From: Flaccisagitta enflata
Lineage: Eukaryota
Assembly: GCA_965153355.1 (NCBI GenBank)
Contig: OZ231126.1
Span: 8,432,001-8,496,000, forward strand
Length of the DNA stretch: 64,000 nucleotides
Direction of reading: 5' to 3'
Below the pieces are notes generated by a model, which ran no database searches, had not been told where the DNA came from, and saw nothing but the letters and a program-made list of their open reading frames with translations. The position numbers were made by a program, and so were the translations under genes. Position 1 is the stretch's first letter; each line of letters opens with the position of its first letter. Below, piece by piece: positions 42,268 through 64,000 of this stretch.

Positions 42268-42926
42268 TCTTTTGTATTTCTTTTTTTTTTCTTTTGAGAT
42301 TTTCCGACAAATTTCTTCCCCTTCCGAGAAGCGGCGCTTCTCGCTTCTTCAATATATGAACGCCTGCTGGCGAGATTCTTTGTACTATTTCATTTCAAGT
42401 TTTCTGTTTGACTAGACGCGCACAAGCTCGAGAAAAAAAAGTGTTTATTTTTAGAATCCTTTTTGCGTCCATGAGCTAACATTTTGACTTAACGCTTATC
42501 TCTCTCCTTTCCCGCGCTTCTTACTTGCAGTCTCAGTCGAGTCGTTTGCCAGTTTATCGTTCCCTTTTCTTCTCTACTAGTAGCTACCGTCTCTATCTCT
42601 GTCTGTCTCTATCGCTGTGTCTGTCTGTCATTTCGTCAGTCTTGACGTTTTCGTCATCACCATCATCGTCATTGCTATCATCCTCATCGTCATTATTGTT
42701 ATCATTACCATCATTGTTGTTGACATCATGTTATTTTCTCAAGGTAGAATATTCTTCCCCTCCCTTTGTCGTTTTGCTTCATCATGTCGAACAGCCGCAG
42801 CAGCGTCTCAAGTTGTCATTTTCCTTCACATCTTTCTCAATCGTGTCGATCAGCTGCTAAAGCCTGCCTAGTTGTCATTTTCCTTCACATCTCTCTCAAT
42901 CGTGTCGACCAGCTACTGCAGCTTCT

Positions 42927-56885
<13,959 letters not shown>

Positions 56886-57377
56886 TCGCGCGCAGATAAA
56901 AAAAACCCGCGCGCGGCTTCTCTTGTTTAAGCGCCTTTTAAATCCCCCAAAACCCCCGACTTTATATACTTATTTCTCTTGACGTTTGATTTACAGAATT
57001 TTTACAACGAAGATGTAATGTTTTAGGCAGTTTCTGTAAAAAAGTAACACGAATTTAAGAACATTTCGAAGGATATATATTGAGTCTTAAGTTTCGAGAA
57101 AAATGAGTGTTAAAAAAGATAAGTTGCAAAAAAGAAAAAAAACCAGTAACAGAAGGTTCCCACAATCTTTTTTTATATAAACTGTTGGGAAGTGAAAAGA
57201 AATGGAGTTCCCAGTAAAAAGAAGAGCTGCAGCTGCAGGAAATAGAGCAAAGTAAGAACGGAATAATTCAAATTTCATTTCATAAAACGCAGATCTTTAT
57301 GAAAATTAAGACATTGTTTTTTATCTGTTTCGTGTGTGTTAAAGCCAGAAACAACTTAAACTCGATCAAATAAATGC

Positions 57378-57889
<512 letters not shown>

Positions 57890-58841
57890 CTTGAAAGAAT
57901 ATAAAGAGTCATTGTGAGACTGACAAGCATAGGAAACGAGTTTCTTTTGGACAAAATGTGATCAGCAACACCCGTTTCCCTGACCTACTTTTTAGCACCA
58001 CTATGATAAGTTGTGTCCGTCGGTTGGTTGGTTGGTCGATCTGTCGGTCGGGTAACGCATTTGTTCGACGATCAACCCGGCGCACCTTATTGGCCTACTT
58101 GGCCTTGTTTAACTATTAACAGGGCAGGGAAATGCAGTTATCACATGCACATGTAAAGCTAGTGGTGACAGGTGAGCAATCTGAAAGCTTAAAAGGCCTT
58201 CACACTGTTTATATTGAAGAGTTCTGGCCTTATTTTGTAAAGGCATTGTTGTTCCAATTTTCATACACTACGCCGTACTGGCAAGATTGATAGTCGCGGA
58301 CACCTAACAAATATTTTTTGGATTTCGAGTGGTTTTTGCATTACGGCCCCTGCCCAACCGTCCGCGACTGTGTTGCCGTGTATCCGGCCTTGTTAGAGAA
58401 GAAGGGAACGCGAATCTTATTACCAGTGAAGAAACTAAAAGTGACAAGCAGAAACCTGTAATCCAAGTTCTAATCCTGATTTTTCGCAACAACCTTGGGG
58501 TTGCTCTTTTTTCAAGCGAGTTATAATTTTTCATGCGCTCTCAGTTTTATCTGTTTAATAGGTTTTATGTTTTTTTTTTTGCAGTAGATGGTCCAGAGCT
58601 ACAGAGATGCCTACTGGCCCGTGGCCTGAATATTTTATGTCCTTTGAGTAAGGGTTTTTATCAAAGTTGCTTATCTTAGACACTAAAATTTGACGAGAGA
58701 CACTCAAACGTGGTGTTTTGTACTGTTATTACTGCTCAAGTTTGTGGAATTGGAGCCTAATTGGTCTGATTGAGCAATTGAGCTAACTCGCAAGCGAGTG
58801 AGCTAGCGTGAAATGAACAAGAGAGCAAGAGAGAGAGACAG

Positions 58842-59005
<164 letters not shown>

Positions 59006-59030
59006 AGACTTGATAGACAAGGAATATGTT

Positions 59031-59754
59031 CAGGCCTGAAAATAGAGCGTGCCCGCGTGCCCGGTGCACGCAGTTTGGCCATCGGGCACGCAGCCTTTAC
59101 TAGCTGCGTGCCCGGCGTGCACGCTCTTGTCTCTCTCAATAATTTGATCTGTCACACTTTCATAAAAAAAAAAACGAAATGGGCGTTCTTTGCATTCTTT
59201 TTCACTCCCGTTTTCATTCCTTTGATCAATCATTCATTTTTCATTCATTCATTCATTTATTCATTCATTCATACATTCATTCCTTCACTCATTTATGAAT
59301 TGCCATATTCTTTGCCTTTTCCACTGCGTTTAAAAGTTTGAAATTTCACCCTCATTTGATGAATTGATGTTATTTTTTTCAAATGAAAAAACAATGGCCA
59401 TTTATTGCCATTATGTGCGCGTCACTGATCACAATGTATGAAGGAACGTTTTTGATGAGTGAATGTTTCTTATAAAAGGATGAGTGCATAAATGAATCAA
59501 CGAGTAAATGGTGTTCTATGAGAACCTAGTTTATATGAAACACAGGCTTCAAAACGCTCCAAAATTGAGAGTGTTGTACTAGTTACTAACTAGTAGCTAT
59601 CTCTGTCTCTTTTGAAGGCTCAAAAAAATTATTGAGTTGGAAGTATGGTAAAATAATACTTCTACCGGGCACGCTCTTTTCCTGTCGGGCTCGCTATAAT
59701 TTTGGGGGGCGTGCCCGGCGTGCACGCTCAGAAAAAATCCTAATTTCAGGCCTG
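59031..59754. mobile_element. hAT-type MITE, 8-bp TSD AATATGTT
   Basis: CAGGCCTGAAA ... TTTCAGGCCTG; subterminal gcgtgcccg motifs; TSD at 59023-59030 and 59755-59762. Confidence 0.92.
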
Positions 59755-61979
59755 AATATGTTGTTGTGGAAGTGTGTTGGTTTTAGGTAAACAAAAGAAC
59801 AGCCAATATTGTCGTCGCGGATTTCGACTTTTGTGTACACAAAACGCTTTCCTGATTTTGTGTGGGTTTGTAAGCGCGTAAAACTGCTCGGTTGTGCAAG
59901 TGTGTAAGTAACAGTGCTGAATTGGGCTTGCATGCCTGCATGATTTGATTAAGGAACTAGTCATCCAAGGATTGCATATGGTCAGCGGTGCCCATTGCCC
60001 TGCTCTATTGCCGCTTTATTTGAAACAAGGCCGTATACACGGCTACCGAAGTTGCGTGTGGGTAGGCTGGGGCAGTGATAAAGAAGGCTATTCAAGCAAT
60101 TGGGCAGGAGCAGTAACGCAAAAACCGCCCATAAACGCCAAAAAAAGTTAACGCGGACAGACAGAAGGACGGATGGACTGACCGACCGACCAACATAGTG
60201 GGTCATAGAGTCACGAAGCATGCAACTAAAAAGTAGATCTAGAGTAGAACAGCGGTTCCTGAAGGCTAATGTTCTATATAATACCGGGGTAATTTTCCAT
60301 ATTTCAAAATTTTTCCACATTCGAAAAACTGATCATGCCTCATGGAACTGATTACAGGCTCCAGAGGCTGGATTTTAAGCCTCCGTGGTCTCGATTGGTG
60401 CTGTAGGCCTAATAGGGTTGATCTCAAGCTTTTGAAGACTGTGAGAAATGATTTCAGAATTGAGAGGGCTCCAGTAGATAGATGGGAGGGTAGAAGAGAT
60501 GCATGTACAGATGTATGGATGTATATAAATTTATCCCTGCTTTTACAGGACATCGGTCCTTTGGTGCTGCTACCTAAAAAGGCCCTGTTTCTACACAAGA
60601 CAATCGCGTTTTCAAAGGGCCACTAAGTCGCTCGCTACGTTCGCTCTCCTTACTTGCTCCGCCTGCTTGCACCGCTTGCTCCACCCGCTTGCTCACTCCG
60701 CTTGCTCACTCCCCTTGCTCTCTCTGCTTGTTCGCTCCGCTTCCTCGCTCCATTCACAGGCTTGCTCACTCCCCTCTTGGCCATTTGAAATTCATGAATG
60801 TATTCTTACGCTGTTTACGCGATACATGGGAATGGCATTGCCAGCACAAGAAACACGCCTTAAGTGCTCAAGTGCACGCGACTTATGGACGTTGCCGTTG
60901 GTTTTGTTCAGCTAAAAATGATAAATGACTAAAAGGCACAGAAACGCGACGACAGATTTTGAGGGATGATCTCTAAAATCAGTTTCCAAAATCGGTTTGG
61001 GTTTTGAAGTTTTGAGAGATAATCCTAATAATAGGTTTTGCTCTCTTTCCAGGTTGTTTTGATTTTGTCCTTATGACATCTAGCCCTCAGGGACGCGCCG
61101 AGAAATTCTGGGTACCAACACAACCCTCGTCACAGGGCCCCCATTGCAGAGCCCTGCCGCCAAACCTTCATCCCCAAGCCATTCCACACTCAGGGCCCTA
61201 GTCAGGGCCCTCCCAAAACTTTAAGGAGAAATGTCTTTTTTTGGTTTACTTAAAGAAACTTACTTGCCTACCTTACGTACTGCGGCTTAGCGGTAGAGAA
61301 TCATTCGGAAAAGGGAAAATCGCGGGGCTACTTGATGCGTGGGTTGCTCTGATTCGCGATGTCCTTGGGCATAACCAAACATGCGTATTAGTTGACCCGA
61401 CATAAACCCTATTAATGTAACAAATAGTGAAAACTTCAACTAATCCCGAAACCACTGAAAAAGGAGCAGAAGATCAAAAGTCAAAACCATTGCATTGACT
61501 GATTGAGTTATAAAGATGATTCTGCACCGGTACTTTCCGGGGTCAATAAAAAGCGTTCTCCTCTTTCATGGTAGCTGATTAACGGCTTAACTCAACTGCT
61601 TAGCAGCTCAGCTCAAATGCTTAGAAGCTCAGCCCAAATGATTAGTTGCTCAACTCAAATCATCTGCTCAGCGCAACTCCACAGCCTAAATTCTTGGTGC
61701 CTTAACTGCCGATCAACACAACTGCATAGTTACTGATTTAAGCGACTGCTCAGCAAATCAACTGCTTGGCTGTTCGTCAACTTAACCGCCTAAATTCACT
61801 GCTTTATTGCTGATCAACACAACTGCATAGCTACTGATTAAATCAACAGCTCAGCAAATCAAGTGCATGGCTGTTGGTCAACTCAACTTCTCAGCTGCTC
61901 AACTCAATAGCTAAATTGATAATCTAGTCAACTGCTGAGCTTTTCAACTTGTTTCTCGCAAAGAAATTGGATTTAGCCT

Positions 61980-63314
<1,335 letters not shown>

Positions 63315-63779
63315 GTTCTGTATGTGTGTGTGTGTGTGTGTATGGTTCTGTATGTGTGGTTGTGCGTGCGTCTGTGCGTGTGTTTGTGACAACCACTTCA
63401 CTCCATCCCTTCATTCCGGTTTCATCTTAACGGTCAGCGGACAAAACCTAATAGGTATATATATCATACCTTTAGTTTTGATCCAACATACTGATAATAA
63501 ACAAAATGTTGTATGCAACAACTAGAGGTTAATATCACATCCAGCTGTAATGTTTCAAAATCGTAGCATTACAGCCGGCTGTAATTCTAACAGCCAATTG
63601 TTGCATATAACATTTTGTGTGTTACCGCCGGCTATAATTTGAGTAACTGATAATTGCATACAATGTTTTGTTAATGAGGAATATGTTGCATCAAAGCCAA
63701 TGGTATGATATATATATACCTATGGCGTTTTGTCCACTGACTGTTAAATAAAGTTGATAGACAATTAATGACAACGGGG

Positions 63780-63990
63780 CAAGAATGCAACAAGCCCGAC
63801 CGGGCAACAATGCGTCCGGACTGTATCTCAGTGTGTAATGAATTCGGCGCTGAATTTGTGATATATATGGAGAGACAGATGGCTGAAGAGACAAATGAAA
63901 TGACAGATGCTCTTGAAACACGTTTGGTGATCATTTGATTCAATACAGAATCTCACCATGGCCAAAAACAGCCGAGAAACGCGGTTTTTA
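63780..63990. mobile_element. Interspersed repeat fragment (copies at about 39015-39270 and, inverted, 48195-48440)
   Basis: Shared cccgaccgggc.ac.atgcgtccgg and aacagccgagaaacgcggtttt. Confidence 0.7.
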
Positions 63991-64000
63991 GTCGCGTGCT

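Overview
Repeat-rich animal (invertebrate-type) genomic DNA; no prokaryotic features, RNA genes or CRISPR arrays. The main feature is a complete 11-exon minus-strand proprotein convertase gene (subtilisin/kexin S8B family, PC1/3-like: signal peptide, prodomain, D/H/N/S catalytic residues, P domain with RRGDL, no transmembrane or Cys-rich region). It spans 56885->42927; all ten introns are GT-AG and phase-consistent, giving about 881 aa. A second minus-strand locus (about 35.2-22.7 kb) has exon remnants resembling fukutin/LicD-family proteins, and its terminal exon is split by a foldback MITE. The rest is nested non-autonomous DNA transposons (TA-target Tc1/mariner-type MITEs, hAT MITEs with 8-bp TSDs, PIF/Harbinger MITEs, an Academ-like remnant with a Cys-rich ORF, many Helentron/DINE-like elements), mini/satellite arrays and microsatellites. 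Two observations stand out. (1) A 3.1-kb CAC...GTG element with a perfect 5-bp TSD and asymmetric heptamer/spacer/second-motif ends (Transib/RAG-transposon-like) sits in convertase intron 9. (2) Exon-intron boundaries are repeatedly duplicated in tandem, including 11 extra copies of the exon 4 end plus splice donor, which carry an in-frame stop. All coordinates were read by eye; repeat boundaries are approximate.
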